64,000 nt of DNA from an uncultured Campylobacter sp. (GCA_963530215.1 CAUSCE010000008.1:4700-68699), one strand, 5' to 3'; positions 6,596 through 18,115 are shown, counted from the stretch's first letter. The notes: generated from the letters alone by a model not told the origin. A program made the numbers and translations.

Positions 6596-8507
6596 CGATC
6601 TTTCTTACCACTTTTGCAAAAATTTTAGCGCTTGCGATATCGGCCTCTGTGATCTTTACAACGAGCTTTTGAAGCAAATTTGCGCTGTATCCTGTTATAA
6701 AAATCCTAGCTCCAACAAAATAATCATCAAGCTTAGCAACCAAGACATTTTGGTTTTCACTCACATAGCAGTGCACCTCTTTGCCGATGTTTGCGGTTGC
6801 CCAGCGTGCAAATTTCCTATCTATAAAGTCGTAGGCTACCTTGTCGGCTTCTCTTTCAAGCTCGCTTAAGGTTGCGCAGGTGCTTTGGATGTTTAAAAGC
6901 AAGAAGTTGTAAAGCTTGTCATCTTTTGAAATTTTAGCCTTTAAAAGCCTATGTAAAATAAGGTCAGAATATCGTCTAATGGGGCTTGTAAAGTGTGTGT
7001 ATCTATCAAATCCAAGCCCAAAATGGCCTAAATTTTCACTTGAGTACTCAGCCTTTTTTTGAGACTTGATGATGAGCTTATCTATCTCTTCACGGTTGCC
7101 AAGTTCATCGGCTTTTAGCTGTATCTTTCTTATTAAATTTGCAAGATCGTTTTCATAAGTAAAGTCAAGTCCCAGAAGTTGCAGGTCTTCAAGCAAGGTA
7201 TCTATCTTTTTAAAATCAGGCGATGCGTGGTTTCTAAAAACGCCCTTTGTGATGAGCTTTGCGGCAGCTTTATTTGCTAAAAGCATGCAGTCCTCGACAA
7301 GTCTATGTGAGTCGGAGTCACTTTCAAACCTAGTTTGAGAAATTTGACCCTCTTCATCAAGACTCATTCTAAGCTCTTTTGTCCTAAAGTCAAATGCATG
7401 CAAAAGCCTTTTTTTGCGAAGCTTTGTGGTGAGTTTAAAAAGTGGCTTGATCCATGAAATTTCACACTCTCTTTTGCCTTCTAAAATTTCATCGATCTCA
7501 TCGTAGTTAAAGCGCCTTTTTGAAAGGATAATCGCTTCAAAAAGCTCCTCTTTTTTTACCTCGTTGTTTGCATCAAGTGAAATTTTAAAACAAAATGCAA
7601 GGCGCGGCACATTTGGCTTTAGCGAGCAGATATTTTCACTGAGCGCGCGCGGCAACATCGGCACTGAGATGTGCGGAAAGTAGATAGAAAAGCCTCTTTT
7701 TTTAGCCTCGCTATCAATGGCGCTATATGCGGTCACATACTCGCTTACATCAGCGATTGCAACGTAAATTTCACGCTTTTTCTCATCAAAATATATGGCA
7801 TCGTCAAAGTCTTTGGCATCGACTGGATCGATCGTGCAAAACTCTAAATTTCTTAGATCAACTCTATTTGGATACATGCTAGCATCGACTTCGTCGCCAA
7901 AAGCCTTTGCCTCAAGCTCACAAGCCTCGCTAAATTTATCGTTTTTATTATAAATAGCAAGCGAAATTTTTTCATCACTTAGCGGATCTTCTAAATTTCC
8001 TAAAACCTCGACTATTTCGTTATTTAGGTTGTTTATCTTTAGTAGCGTCCCAAGTGGGAGCATCTTTAGGCTTTTTTGTGTCGCTTTTAAGGTCGTGCTT
8101 AGCCCTGTTTTTAAATTTACCCCTAAAATAGCTACTCCAAAGCGTTTTGTGTAGACCACGCTTGTCTCATTGGCAAGCTTTAGGCTCATTACTATTTTAG
8201 CGCTTTGGCGTTTTTTCTTAAGTGGCAAAAGCTTTGCTAACACGATATCGCCAAGGTGAGAGTTGTTTAAATTTTTATTTTCTACGATGATATCTTGCTT
8301 GAAGCGTTTATCAAATGGCATGATAAAGCCAGTTGCGTTTTGGCTGATGTCTAGCTTGCCGCAGACGTAGCCATTGTTTAGGTAAAATTTATCTTTATGG
8401 GAGCTTACGGCACCAAGATTTAAGAGATTTCGTAAAATCTCTTTATCTTCGTTTGAAACTTCTTTTTCCTTGATGCCAACTAGTAGTGAGGTTAGAAATT
8501 CTTTCAC
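6588..8507 (-). CDS. rnr: Ribonuclease R (RNB family 3'-5' exoribonuclease)
   Basis: 639 aa. RNB catalytic motifs are present: TIDPVDAKDFDDAIY, HFGLGFDRYTHFTSPIRRYSDLILHR. Confidence 0.9.
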   Translation of the reverse strand: MKEFLTSLLVGIKEKEVSNEDKEILRNLLNLGAVSSHKDKFYLNNGYVCGKLDISQNATGFIMPFDKRFKQDIIVENKNLNNSHLGDIVLAKLLPLKKKRQSAKIVMSLKLANETSVVYTKRFGVAILGVNLKTGLSTTLKATQKSLKMLPLGTLLKINNLNNEIVEVLGNLEDPLSDEKISLAIYNKNDKFSEACELEAKAFGDEVDASMYPNRVDLRNLEFCTIDPVDAKDFDDAIYFDEKKREIYVAIADVSEYVTAYSAIDSEAKKRGFSIYFPHISVPMLPRALSENICSLKPNVPRLAFCFKISLDANNEVKKEELFEAIILSKRRFNYDEIDEILEGKRECEISWIKPLFKLTTKLRKKRLLHAFDFRTKELRMSLDEEGQISQTRFESDSDSHRLVEDCMLLANKAAAKLITKGVFRNHASPDFKKIDTLLEDLQLLGLDFTYENDLANLIRKIQLKADELGNREEIDKLIIKSQKKAEYSSENLGHFGLGFDRYTHFTSPIRRYSDLILHRLLKAKISKDDKLYNFLLLNIQSTCATLSELEREADKVAYDFIDRKFARWATANIGKEVHCYVSENQNVLVAKLDDYFVGARIFITGYSANLLQKLVVKITEADIASAKIFAKVVRKIDV

Positions 8508-9322
8508 AAATTATCTTTGACTTTAGCGACAGCCATTAAAAACGTATCATGTCCAAAGCCGTATTCGTCAAGAAGAGGTAGAGTATTTTGTATGCTTATA
8601 TCATCAAGTTGATTAAAAATATTTACAGCTGTTTTTATCACTTTTAGGGCTTTTGCGTAATCTTTTATATGATCTGGCGCCTCTTCTGGATTATTTGAAT
8701 AGAGTATCGAGCTGCTAAGCTCTGTCTCAAGGTTCCATTGTTCAAAAATTTTAGCTGTAACTTCTTCATTTGACATATCTAAAATTTCTGTTTCAAATAG
8801 GGCAAGATCGATTGGGCTAGATATATTTTTAAGTTTTTCTCTAAATTCGACATCTTGCTTATTTTCAGCTAATTCATGAGCAAGAACTATCTTGCCAATC
8901 TCAAGCATAAATGAAGCTGGAGAGAGAATTTCTAGACTTTTAGGATTAACTTTAGAATGCCAATTGTACATCAGTGCATTTTGTATTATTGAGATATTTA
9001 AAAAATCTTGTGTAGTAATGCCATAAGGCTCTAAATTTATAGAAAAGCTCTTTTTAATCGTACTTGAAAGCGCAAAACCTCTAATAGTAGCCATACCAAA
9101 AAGAGAAATAGCTCTTGCGATGGTTGTGATCTCTTGAGAAAACCCATAAAGTGGAGAGTTTGCTGAACGCAAGATATTTGCCGTTAGCATCGGATCCTTT
9201 TCGACCACTTTTGTAAGATCACTTATTGAGCTATTTTCATCCGCATGTAAGCGTTGAATTTGTATAACTGTGTCATCTAATGGTGGAAGTGCTTTGATTT
9301 TTTTAAAAACTGATTCATTCAT
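8504..9322 (-). CDS. HDOD domain-containing signalling protein
   Basis: 272 aa. The pattern LPPLDDTVIQIQRL...ILRSANSPLYGF...AISLFG is typical of HDOD domains. Confidence 0.7.
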   Translation of the reverse strand: MNESVFKKIKALPPLDDTVIQIQRLHADENSSISDLTKVVEKDPMLTANILRSANSPLYGFSQEITTIARAISLFGMATIRGFALSSTIKKSFSINLEPYGITTQDFLNISIIQNALMYNWHSKVNPKSLEILSPASFMLEIGKIVLAHELAENKQDVEFREKLKNISSPIDLALFETEILDMSNEEVTAKIFEQWNLETELSSSILYSNNPEEAPDHIKDYAKALKVIKTAVNIFNQLDDISIQNTLPLLDEYGFGHDTFLMAVAKVKDNL

Positions 9323-9434
9323 TGAGTTATCTCTTTTTTTGAAATTTCAGCGTATTTTATCAAAATAAATTATCATAAAACTTAAAAAGAGTTTCTATAT
9401 ATTTCAGCCGAATTTTTGCTGGCTAAAGTTATAA

Positions 9435-10487
<1,053 letters not shown>

Positions 10488-10490
10488 GCC

Positions 10491-11882
10491 TTGAGCGAAA
10501 AAAAGACTACAAAGAAGCGACCTACAAAAAAGAGTGCAGGTCGCTCTCACAATAAAACCTATCTTGGTATCGGCATTATCGCAGCTATTTTAATAATAGC
10601 GCTTAGCGTAGCTCTTAGTATAAAAAATAATGGTGCAGAACAGATAAGCAAAACAAATGAGCCAAAGATAGAGAAGCAAATTCTAAAAAAAGCTGAGCCA
10701 AAGATTGCTAGTAAAGAGAAAAAGCAAGAATACGAAAAGAGAAAATACCCTCTAAAATTTGATGAAGATGAAAATTTAAGTAAAATTTTTACCGATCCTA
10801 AGCATAAAAGTGAGCTTGCTTTAAATTCAAAAGTTGATCCAAAAGAGCAAAAAAAGATAGCTGAAGTAAAGAGTGAAGCCAAAAAAGAAGAGATAAAAAA
10901 AGAGCAAAACGATACTAAAAATTTACTTGCAAGTTATAAAAATACAGAGCCTAGTGTAATAGAAAATGAACAAAAGATAGAGCCATTTTATAGCTCAAAA
11001 GTCGAACAAAAAACCGAGTTAAAACCTCAAATTTTTGAAGCAAAAGTCGATCAAAATAAAAGCACTGAAATAGAAAAAAAAGAAAAATTCAAAAGCAAGA
11101 ACACAAAAGTCGAGCCAGCTAAAAAAGCTGAAAATTTAACCACTAACAAGATAGAAAAAACAAAATATGAAGAAAAGAATATAAAAAAAGATAGCTTTGA
11201 AGCGGTACCTTTTACGCCAAACGCCAGCATAAAAGGGCGCGCAAAGCTCGTCATCATAATAGACGATGTGGCGACGTTTGAACATGCGAGTATGATAAAA
11301 TCGCTTGGCCTAAAAATCACGCCGTCTATTTTTCCAGCGACAAAGACTCATCCAGATACGCCAAATATCGCAAGAACATTTGAGTTTTATATGATACATC
11401 TTCCGATGCAAGCAAAACACTTTGATAGCCCAGAGATAGGCACTCTCACGATCAATGAGAGCTTTGAGAGCATGCACGAAAAGATAAAAAAGATACGCAA
11501 AGACTTCCCACGTGCAAAATATACAAACAACCATACAGGATCGCGCTTTACAAGCGATTTTGACGCTATGGATAAGGCTTATAGGGCGCTGATAGAGCAG
11601 GGCTTTGTCTTTGTTGATAGTAAAACTATCGCTCAAACCGCAGTAGCAAGAGCTGCAAAAAAACATAATCAGCCATACATTTCAAGAGATATATTTTTAG
11701 ACGACGATCCATCGGCTAGTGCTGTTAGGCGTGAGCTTGTGGCTGCTGTAAATTTGGCTAAAAAAAGAGGCTACGCGATCGCCATTGGGCATCCAAAGAA
11801 AAATACGATCGCAGTGATAAAAGAGAGTAAAAATAATCTTTTAAAAGATGTTGATGTGGTTTATCTAAAAGATATTTTATGA
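10491..11882 (+). CDS. Divergent polysaccharide deacetylase (YibQ-like) with an N-terminal TM helix and a long Lys/Glu-rich linker
   Basis: The C-terminal ~220 aa (AKLVIIIDDV...HLPMQ...NNHTGSRFT...IGHP) resemble YibQ / divergent polysaccharide deacetylase. Apparent TTG start 4 nt after the ilvC stop. Confidence 0.65.
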   Translation: MSEKKTTKKRPTKKSAGRSHNKTYLGIGIIAAILIIALSVALSIKNNGAEQISKTNEPKIEKQILKKAEPKIASKEKKQEYEKRKYPLKFDEDENLSKIFTDPKHKSELALNSKVDPKEQKKIAEVKSEAKKEEIKKEQNDTKNLLASYKNTEPSVIENEQKIEPFYSSKVEQKTELKPQIFEAKVDQNKSTEIEKKEKFKSKNTKVEPAKKAENLTTNKIEKTKYEEKNIKKDSFEAVPFTPNASIKGRAKLVIIIDDVATFEHASMIKSLGLKITPSIFPATKTHPDTPNIARTFEFYMIHLPMQAKHFDSPEIGTLTINESFESMHEKIKKIRKDFPRAKYTNNHTGSRFTSDFDAMDKAYRALIEQGFVFVDSKTIAQTAVARAAKKHNQPYISRDIFLDDDPSASAVRRELVAAVNLAKKRGYAIAIGHPKKNTIAVIKESKNNLLKDVDVVYLKDIL

Positions 11883-12649
11883 GACTTGATTTTATTCCAG
11901 AGCCGTTAAAAAGACTAAAAAATCCACCAAAACAGCTAAATTTTATCGGAGATACTTCACTTTTATCCTTACCAAAGATCGCAGTTGTTGGCTCAAGAAA
12001 GGCAAGTGTTTATACAAAAGAGTGTGTTGCGGCACTTTGCGCAGTGCTAAAAAGTGCAAATGTTTGCGTGGTAAGTGGTGGAGCAATCGGCGTTGATATC
12101 GCAGCTCATAAAGCCGCTATGCCACGAACAATTGGCATTTTTGCGAGCGGACTTGACACCATCTATCCAAGCCAAAATAAAGTGGCGATAAATGAAATTT
12201 ACACCAAAGCCTTGGCACTTAGTGAGTATGATGAAGGTGAGTCGCCACTTGCTTATAGATTTTTGGAGCGAAATCGCATAGTTGTGGGGCTTTGTGAAGC
12301 TCTAGTAGTCGCGCAAGCTGATCTTAAAAGTGGCTCGATGCAAAGTGCAAGGCTTGCAAATGAGCTTAAAATTCCAGTTTATGTGTTGCCACAACGCATG
12401 GGTGAAAGCGATGGGACAAATTTTTTGCTTGCAAATAAAAAAGCCGAGCTTATTGATGACTATCATAAATTTGCTTCACTTTTTGGCGAGATAAAAGAGC
12501 AAGAAAAAACTAGTGACGAGATCTTAAATTTTTGTAAAAATGGCGTAAGTCTTGATGAAGTTTTGGCAAAATTTGGCGATATCATCTATGAGTACGAGCT
12601 TGAGGGGCTAGTTGAAATTTCAAATCTAAGAGTAAAGAGCTTGCTATGA
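11879..12649 (+). CDS. dprA: DNA-processing protein DprA (Smf)
   Basis: 256 aa. The DprA Rossmann-like core is present: VVGSRKAS...VVSGGAIGVDIAAH...LANELKIPVYVLP. Confidence 0.85.
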   Translation: MRLDFIPEPLKRLKNPPKQLNFIGDTSLLSLPKIAVVGSRKASVYTKECVAALCAVLKSANVCVVSGGAIGVDIAAHKAAMPRTIGIFASGLDTIYPSQNKVAINEIYTKALALSEYDEGESPLAYRFLERNRIVVGLCEALVVAQADLKSGSMQSARLANELKIPVYVLPQRMGESDGTNFLLANKKAELIDDYHKFASLFGEIKEQEKTSDEILNFCKNGVSLDEVLAKFGDIIYEYELEGLVEISNLRVKSLL

Positions 12650-13029
12650 GAGAGAAATTTATGGCGATCGATGTTGGGTTAAAGCGAATAGGGCTTGCCT
12701 TTGGTTTTGGTGAGATTGTGACTCCGCTTGAGCCAGTGCTTAGAAAAAATAGAAACCAAGCTGCAAGAGATGTGAGCCAAAAAGTAAATGAATATGCCCC
12801 AGATACGCTAGTGGTAGGTGTGCCAATCGGCGGTAGTAGCGAAGATGAGATGAGAAGACGCATCGAGCATTTTGTCTCACTTCTTGATGTAAAGGCAAAT
12901 ATTGTCTATCAAGATGAGGCCTTTAGCAGCAGCGAAGCTAGTGAAATTTATACCAATACAAGGCGAGATGGTAGGCTAGATAGCATTTCAGCCACTATTA
13001 TTTTAAAAAGATATCTTAGGATAAATTAA
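12646..13029 (+). CDS. ruvX: Holliday junction resolvase-like nuclease RuvX (YqgF)
   Basis: MAIDVGLKRIGLA is the typical YqgF start. The start is either the ATGA overlap at 12646 or the ATG at 12661. Confidence 0.85.
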   Translation: MREKFMAIDVGLKRIGLAFGFGEIVTPLEPVLRKNRNQAARDVSQKVNEYAPDTLVVGVPIGGSSEDEMRRRIEHFVSLLDVKANIVYQDEAFSSSEASEIYTNTRRDGRLDSISATIILKRYLRIN

Positions 13030-13050
13030 AATCATAAGGTAAAAATTGGT

Positions 13051-13851
13051 CTATTTCTCAAGAGAATTTTTAAAAGCTAGCTGAAAGCTATCTGTGCTAA
13101 AAGGCTGCTTTAATACCGTGACATGATTTGGCAGATCATTGGCCAACTCATCGCTTTTACAAATGGCTACAATACGAAAATTTTTAATATTTTTAAACTC
13201 AAGTATATCTTCTAGCATCGCTTCATTTTTTAAAATTTTACTATCGATAAAAATAACAAATGGGGTAAAAATAGAATCTTTTATGTGTCTCATTAGATTG
13301 CTAAGGTCGTTTTTGCCGATAACCTTTAGACCTAAAAAATTTATCTGAGCACTAATGGTGTCAAATAAAGCATCGTCATCGCAAGCAACTAAGATATTTG
13401 TATTTGTTTGATTTTTGATATTTATTTGTCTTTGGATAGCTCTATCGCCCGTTAGTGCCGCGCTAAAAGATATTAAAAATTCTCCATCATTATGAGAGAT
13501 CATAGATTCATTTGCTTTTTTTAGATAGTCATTTATCTTGCTGAGATAGTAATGACTTGGTCTCATTACGCTATGGCTAGATTTTATCTTAATGTCAAAA
13601 TGTACAGATTTGGGACTATAATTTTTAAGTTGAAAGAGAATGTAAATCTCTGCATATTCGGTAGAGTAAAGGAAAAATTTGCAAATACTTTCAAGTGTTT
13701 TTATGAGATTTGTGGCATCAAATTTTAAAAGCCTTGGATAACTTGGATCGTAGCTAAAAATGATGGAATTTTTAGTGTCTTGTGCGTCTTGGTATATGGC
13801 GCTAAGAAAAATTTCCATTCTGTTTATGATATCGATAGGCTTATCTTTCAT
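13051..13851 (-). CDS. Hypothetical protein with a degenerate HATPase-like N-terminal part and a receiver(REC)-like C-terminal part
   Basis: 266 aa. The C-terminal region ILVACDDDALFDT...FVIFIDSKI...LKQPF has receiver-like topology (acidic pair, Asp, Lys-Pro). No DHp/His box is seen. Overlaps the queA stop by 4 nt. Confidence 0.45.
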   Translation of the reverse strand: MKDKPIDIINRMEIFLSAIYQDAQDTKNSIIFSYDPSYPRLLKFDATNLIKTLESICKFFLYSTEYAEIYILFQLKNYSPKSVHFDIKIKSSHSVMRPSHYYLSKINDYLKKANESMISHNDGEFLISFSAALTGDRAIQRQINIKNQTNTNILVACDDDALFDTISAQINFLGLKVIGKNDLSNLMRHIKDSIFTPFVIFIDSKILKNEAMLEDILEFKNIKNFRIVAICKSDELANDLPNHVTVLKQPFSTDSFQLAFKNSLEK

Positions 13852-14870
13852 ATTATCAACATCCCGTCGCCGTATGAGTAAAATCTATACTTTTCATCAA
13901 CTGCAGTTTTATAAATCCTCATCGTCTCTTCAAGCCCTATAAAGCTGGTAACTAGCATTATTAGGGTTGATTTTGGTAGATGAAAATTTGTAAGAAGGTA
14001 GTTTTGCCTAATTGGTTTATTATTTAGGTTTAAAAATAGCTTACAAAAGCCGCTTGCTTGCTTGCTTCTTGCAAATTCTTCAACACATCTAGTGACCGTC
14101 GTACCAACGCCAAGGATTGGTTTATTAGAATTTATAATCTCTTGAGCTTGCTCGCTTAGCTCGTAAAATTCTGAGTGCATTTTATGGTCATTTACATTTT
14201 GGCACTCTACGCCTTTAAATGTCCCAGCGCCAACGTGAAGCGTAATGTAGGCTACTTCATGCTTTGCTTTTATCTGCTCTAGCATTTGCTCGCTAAAGTG
14301 CAAACTAGCTGTCGGAGCCGCGACTGCGCCGCTATTTTTGGCAAATATACTTTGATACCAGCTCTCATCATCCTTTGTATCAGCCCTTTTAATGTATGGC
14401 GGAAGCGGGACGTGACCAATCTTTTCAAGCTCACTAAAAAGGTGAACATTATCAAGCAAAATGCCATTTTGCGTAAAATTTACCACCCTTGTGCCATCGT
14501 CATTTAGCTCAAGCACATTTACTTTTAGATTATCAGGAAAATTTAAAACACTACCAACGCTTACTTTGCCTCTTATATAGACGCTAAATTTATTTTCGCA
14601 TATGGGCTGATTTAGCATCACTTCGCAAGCCCCGCCGCTTTCTTTTTGTCCTAAAATGCGAGCTTTGATAACTTTTGTGTTATTAAAAATGACCGCTGCG
14701 TCCTCTGGGATGAGGCTGGAGAGATCTTTAAATTTGTAGTGTTTTATCTCTCTTGTATTTTTAAAATAGACAAGCAATCTTGCCTCTTCTTTTGGCAAAA
14801 CTGGCTCTTTTGCGATGAGCTCTTCTGGCAAAAAATAATCATAACTTGAGACGTCGTTTATATTACTCAT
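13848..14870 (-). CDS. queA: S-adenosylmethionine:tRNA ribosyltransferase-isomerase
   Basis: 340 aa. YDYFLPEELIAKEP, GHVPLPPYI and TLHVGAGTF are QueA motifs. Confidence 0.95.
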   Translation of the reverse strand: MSNINDVSSYDYFLPEELIAKEPVLPKEEARLLVYFKNTREIKHYKFKDLSSLIPEDAAVIFNNTKVIKARILGQKESGGACEVMLNQPICENKFSVYIRGKVSVGSVLNFPDNLKVNVLELNDDGTRVVNFTQNGILLDNVHLFSELEKIGHVPLPPYIKRADTKDDESWYQSIFAKNSGAVAAPTASLHFSEQMLEQIKAKHEVAYITLHVGAGTFKGVECQNVNDHKMHSEFYELSEQAQEIINSNKPILGVGTTVTRCVEEFARSKQASGFCKLFLNLNNKPIRQNYLLTNFHLPKSTLIMLVTSFIGLEETMRIYKTAVDEKYRFYSYGDGMLII

Positions 14871-15621
14871 CGCTTGCTACGTCGCTGTCTTGTTCTTCTT
14901 TTTCGTCTTCATCGTCGCTCTTGTTAGCTCTTTTGGCGACGATTATTGAAATTCCATAAAGTCCGATTAGTGGTAGTGCCATTAAGACTTGACTTATCAC
15001 ATCAGGCGGCGTAACGATGGCTGCAAAGATAAAGATAATAACAACAGCGTATCTGAAGTAATCTTTTAGCATCTTGTCATCGACAAGTCCGATCTTTGCT
15101 AAGAAAAATGTAATGACTGGTAGCTCAAATGAAATTCCAAAGCCAATTAGTAGTTTTGCAAAAAAGCCAACATACTCGCCAATGCTTGGTAATGCCGTAA
15201 AGAGCTGGCCACCAAAATTTACCAAAAATGCAAAGCCAAGTGGGATGACCACGTAGTAACAAAATGCTGCCCCGCACGCAAACATAAATGAAGCTGAGAT
15301 GACAAATGGGATCACATATTTTTTTTCATTGTCATAAAGTCCAGGAGCGACAAATAACCAAAACTGCCAAAAAATGATAGGTAGCGCGATCACGACACCA
15401 GCAAAAAATGCAACCTTCATCGCTGTAAAAAATGGCTCTTGAATTTGAGTAAATATGATATTTGAGCCAGCTGGCAAGACCTGTTTTAGCGGTTCGCTCA
15501 TCCATGCAAGCAGTGGGTTCCAAAACGTAAAGCAGATGCCAAAGCAGACAAAAACGCTTACTATGCTTATAAAAAGCCTCTTTCTAAGTTCGATTAAATG
15601 GGGTCTTAGCTCTTCAAACAT
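14863..15621 (-). CDS. tatC: Twin-arginine translocase subunit TatC
   Basis: 252 aa, six predicted TM segments. The N-terminus LRPHLIELRKRL is typical of TatC. Confidence 0.95.
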   Translation of the reverse strand: MFEELRPHLIELRKRLFISIVSVFVCFGICFTFWNPLLAWMSEPLKQVLPAGSNIIFTQIQEPFFTAMKVAFFAGVVIALPIIFWQFWLFVAPGLYDNEKKYVIPFVISASFMFACGAAFCYYVVIPLGFAFLVNFGGQLFTALPSIGEYVGFFAKLLIGFGISFELPVITFFLAKIGLVDDKMLKDYFRYAVVIIFIFAAIVTPPDVISQVLMALPLIGLYGISIIVAKRANKSDDEDEKEEQDSDVASDE

Positions 15622-16019
15622 TACGCCTCTTTTTTATCGTTTAAGATCGCATCTTTAACTAAATTTGTTGGATTTTGTATATTTTCTACCGCTTTTTTGG
15701 TGTCATTTACGACATTTTGTATATCGTTTGTGATGTCATTTGCGCTTTTTTTGATCTCGTCAAGCTCTTCAAAAGTAAGCTTTTTACGCACACTTTGCGT
15801 ACTTTTAGTTATGCTTTCTTTATATTTTTGCGCATCTTCTTTTAGCTCAGCTATCTTCATTTCTTGATCAAATGTTGATTTTGCGTCGTTTATACCTTTT
15901 TTAAACATTTTTAGAAATTTCGCAATCTGAACCATCGCGCTTGGCAGCTTGTCAGGACCTAAAACTAACACTGCAATAATGGCGATAACTAAGATTTCAG
16001 AAAAACTCATTCCAAACAT
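15621..16019 (-). CDS. tatB: Twin-arginine translocase subunit TatB
   Basis: MFGMSFSEILVIAIIAVLVLGPDKLP is the TatA/B signature. The length and the long amphipathic tail fit TatB. Lies immediately upstream of tatC. Confidence 0.85.
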   Translation of the reverse strand: MFGMSFSEILVIAIIAVLVLGPDKLPSAMVQIAKFLKMFKKGINDAKSTFDQEMKIAELKEDAQKYKESITKSTQSVRKKLTFEELDEIKKSANDITNDIQNVVNDTKKAVENIQNPTNLVKDAILNDKKEA

Positions 16020-16086
16020 TTTTGCCTCTATTAAATTTTATTTAAGCTTTGTATTTTATCTTGACTTTGCTCAAAATTTTATAAAT

Positions 16087-17133
16087 TTAGCCCTCGGTAA
16101 AGAGTGCGATCTCGTCGCTTAGTAAGAAATTCGGATTGTAAAATTTACCATTTTTAAAGAGCAGTTTTTCATTTTCTACAAGTATATTTGCTCTTTTTCT
16201 CTGAGCCTCACTTAAGCGTCCAGCTTCCAAGCCAACTATGCTTCTAAGCCCTAAAAATATATGCTCTCTTACTAGCTCACTCTCGTTTAAAATTTCTTTT
16301 TCTCTGTAAGTTGGCTGTGAGATGTAGGCGTCTATGCTATTTTTGGCGTAGTATCTCGTGCCATCCACGAAGCCCACGCTATAAGCGCCCACACCAAGAT
16401 AATTTTTGCCTTGCCAGTAGCCAAGGTTGTGCTTGCAAATTTGACCGAAATTTGAAATTTCATACTGCTTAAAGCCAGCAAGCCCAATTTGTTCTATCAT
16501 AAATTTAGCCAGGCTGTCGCTATCTTTTTTATAACTTTTTTTACCAGCAAAAGGGGTGCTTTCTTCAAGAGTGAGCGAGTAGGCGCTTAGATGCGTGATA
16601 GCAAGGCTTTTTAAATTTTCAATCTCAGCTAAAAGACGCTTTTTAGTGTCAAATTTTGTATCGTAGATGAGGTCTAAATTTATATTGCTAAAGCCAGCTG
16701 CCCCGGCATTTTCAACTGCTTTAAAAATTTGCTCTCTGCTGTGAATGCGCCCAAGAAATTTTAGCTTATCTTCAAAAAAACTTTGAGCGCCAAAGCTTAT
16801 GCGATTTGCGCCTAAATTTTTAACATGTTTTAGCCAAGTAAGGCTTGCTGAGTTTGGGTTTGCTTCAAGTGTGATCTCAGTTTCTCGCCTGCAAAGAGGC
16901 GTTAAAATGCTAAAAATTTCATCATAAAATTTAGCATTTACCGTACTTGGTGTGCCGCCACCAAAAAAGATAGTTGAGATTTCTTTTACATTTTGGCTTT
17001 TTAGCTGAAAATTTAGATCAAGGCAAAGCGCCTTAAAATAGGCACTAACCTTGTTAAATTCGTCGTCACTTGAGCCAAAAGCACAGTAAGGACATTTGCT
17101 TTCGCAAAATGGCACATGGATATAAACTTGCAA
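16087..17133 (-). CDS. hemW: Radical SAM heme chaperone HemW (HemN-like)
   Basis: The N-terminal radical-SAM motif is VYIHVPFCESKCPYCAF (CxxxCxxC). 348 aa. Apparent TTG start. Confidence 0.85.
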   Translation of the reverse strand: MQVYIHVPFCESKCPYCAFGSSDDEFNKVSAYFKALCLDLNFQLKSQNVKEISTIFFGGGTPSTVNAKFYDEIFSILTPLCRRETEITLEANPNSASLTWLKHVKNLGANRISFGAQSFFEDKLKFLGRIHSREQIFKAVENAGAAGFSNINLDLIYDTKFDTKKRLLAEIENLKSLAITHLSAYSLTLEESTPFAGKKSYKKDSDSLAKFMIEQIGLAGFKQYEISNFGQICKHNLGYWQGKNYLGVGAYSVGFVDGTRYYAKNSIDAYISQPTYREKEILNESELVREHIFLGLRSIVGLEAGRLSEAQRKRANILVENEKLLFKNGKFYNPNFLLSDEIALFTEG

Positions 17134-17186
17134 ATTTCTCTCTTTAAAATTTTGGCGATTATAAGAAATTTGGCATTTATAGCAGT

Positions 17187-18071
17187 TTAAAAGTAGCTTT
17201 TGGTCTTTAAGAGTTTGCTTGGCAAAAAGCCAAAATTTATCTTAAAAATTTTTGCAAAATGTGCAGTATTTGCGTAGCCTACGATATTTGCAGCTTCTTT
17301 TATACTGATATCGTTTTGCTCTAAAAGTGTAAAAGCAAGCTTTAAACGCTCTTTTGCTAAGAGCTGATAGATCGTATCTTTGAAAAATAGCTTAAAATTT
17401 TTCTTTAGCCAAAAGTCATTTGTGCCACAAAGATGGGCTAGCTCCTTGATGCTTGGAGGATTTTGCATGCGACTTAGCAAGATCGTTTTAGCCTTTAAAA
17501 GAGTTTTTTCTTCATCGCTGCTAAGTGAAATTTCGCTCTCTTTTCGTACTTTACTTTTATAAATAAGCTCTAAAATTTTTGATTCGGTAAAAATTTCCCT
17601 CATCACGCCTTCATATAGATTTGTCGTTTCAAGTTCATTTAAAACGCAAATTTGAGCTAAATCTTTTTTGTATTTCAAAAGCTCAAATTTATCATCAAAT
17701 CTAAGTCCAGCAAATATCTCAAGCTTATTTGCGTAGCTTTCATCAAAAAGTAGTGTTTTTGTCTTATAAAATTTATTTTGATACTCAAAGACACCTTTAA
17801 AATCGTCATTAACAAGCCCAATGCAAAATTCATCTTTGTTTAAAATATACTCTTTTCTATCAAGCTTAAAGCAAAGATCGTTTTTATCCTCATTAAACAT
17901 TAAAAATAGGTATTTTTTAGACTTGTGACGATCTCTTTTTATCCTGCCATTACATAAAATTTCACTTTTTAGATAGCTGATGCCACTGCTTTGCTTGAAA
18001 AACTCCACGCTTACTTGTTTTTCCTTTTGAGATATTTTGCTAGTCCCATATTTTTTGTCTAAATTTATCAT
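17187..18071 (-). CDS. AraC family transcriptional regulator
   Basis: The C-terminal double HTH is PPSIKELAHLCGTNDFWLKKNFK...IKEAANIVGYANTAHFAKIFK. The preferred ATG at 18071 follows a GAGGG RBS. The ORF track extends to a TTG at 18083. Confidence 0.8.
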   Translation of the reverse strand: MINLDKKYGTSKISQKEKQVSVEFFKQSSGISYLKSEILCNGRIKRDRHKSKKYLFLMFNEDKNDLCFKLDRKEYILNKDEFCIGLVNDDFKGVFEYQNKFYKTKTLLFDESYANKLEIFAGLRFDDKFELLKYKKDLAQICVLNELETTNLYEGVMREIFTESKILELIYKSKVRKESEISLSSDEEKTLLKAKTILLSRMQNPPSIKELAHLCGTNDFWLKKNFKLFFKDTIYQLLAKERLKLAFTLLEQNDISIKEAANIVGYANTAHFAKIFKINFGFLPSKLLKTKSYF

Positions 18072-18115
18072 TTTATCCCTCAAGCGTTAAATTTAATCCC
18101 TTTAGCGTTACGTAT

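Noticed and set aside
10650-11220. Repetitive-looking K/E-rich coding stretch in the YibQ-like gene, considered as a possible tandem repeat array
   Set aside because: No exact nucleotide period was found. It is compositionally biased coding sequence (a Lys/Glu-rich linker), not a discrete repeat or a CRISPR-like array.
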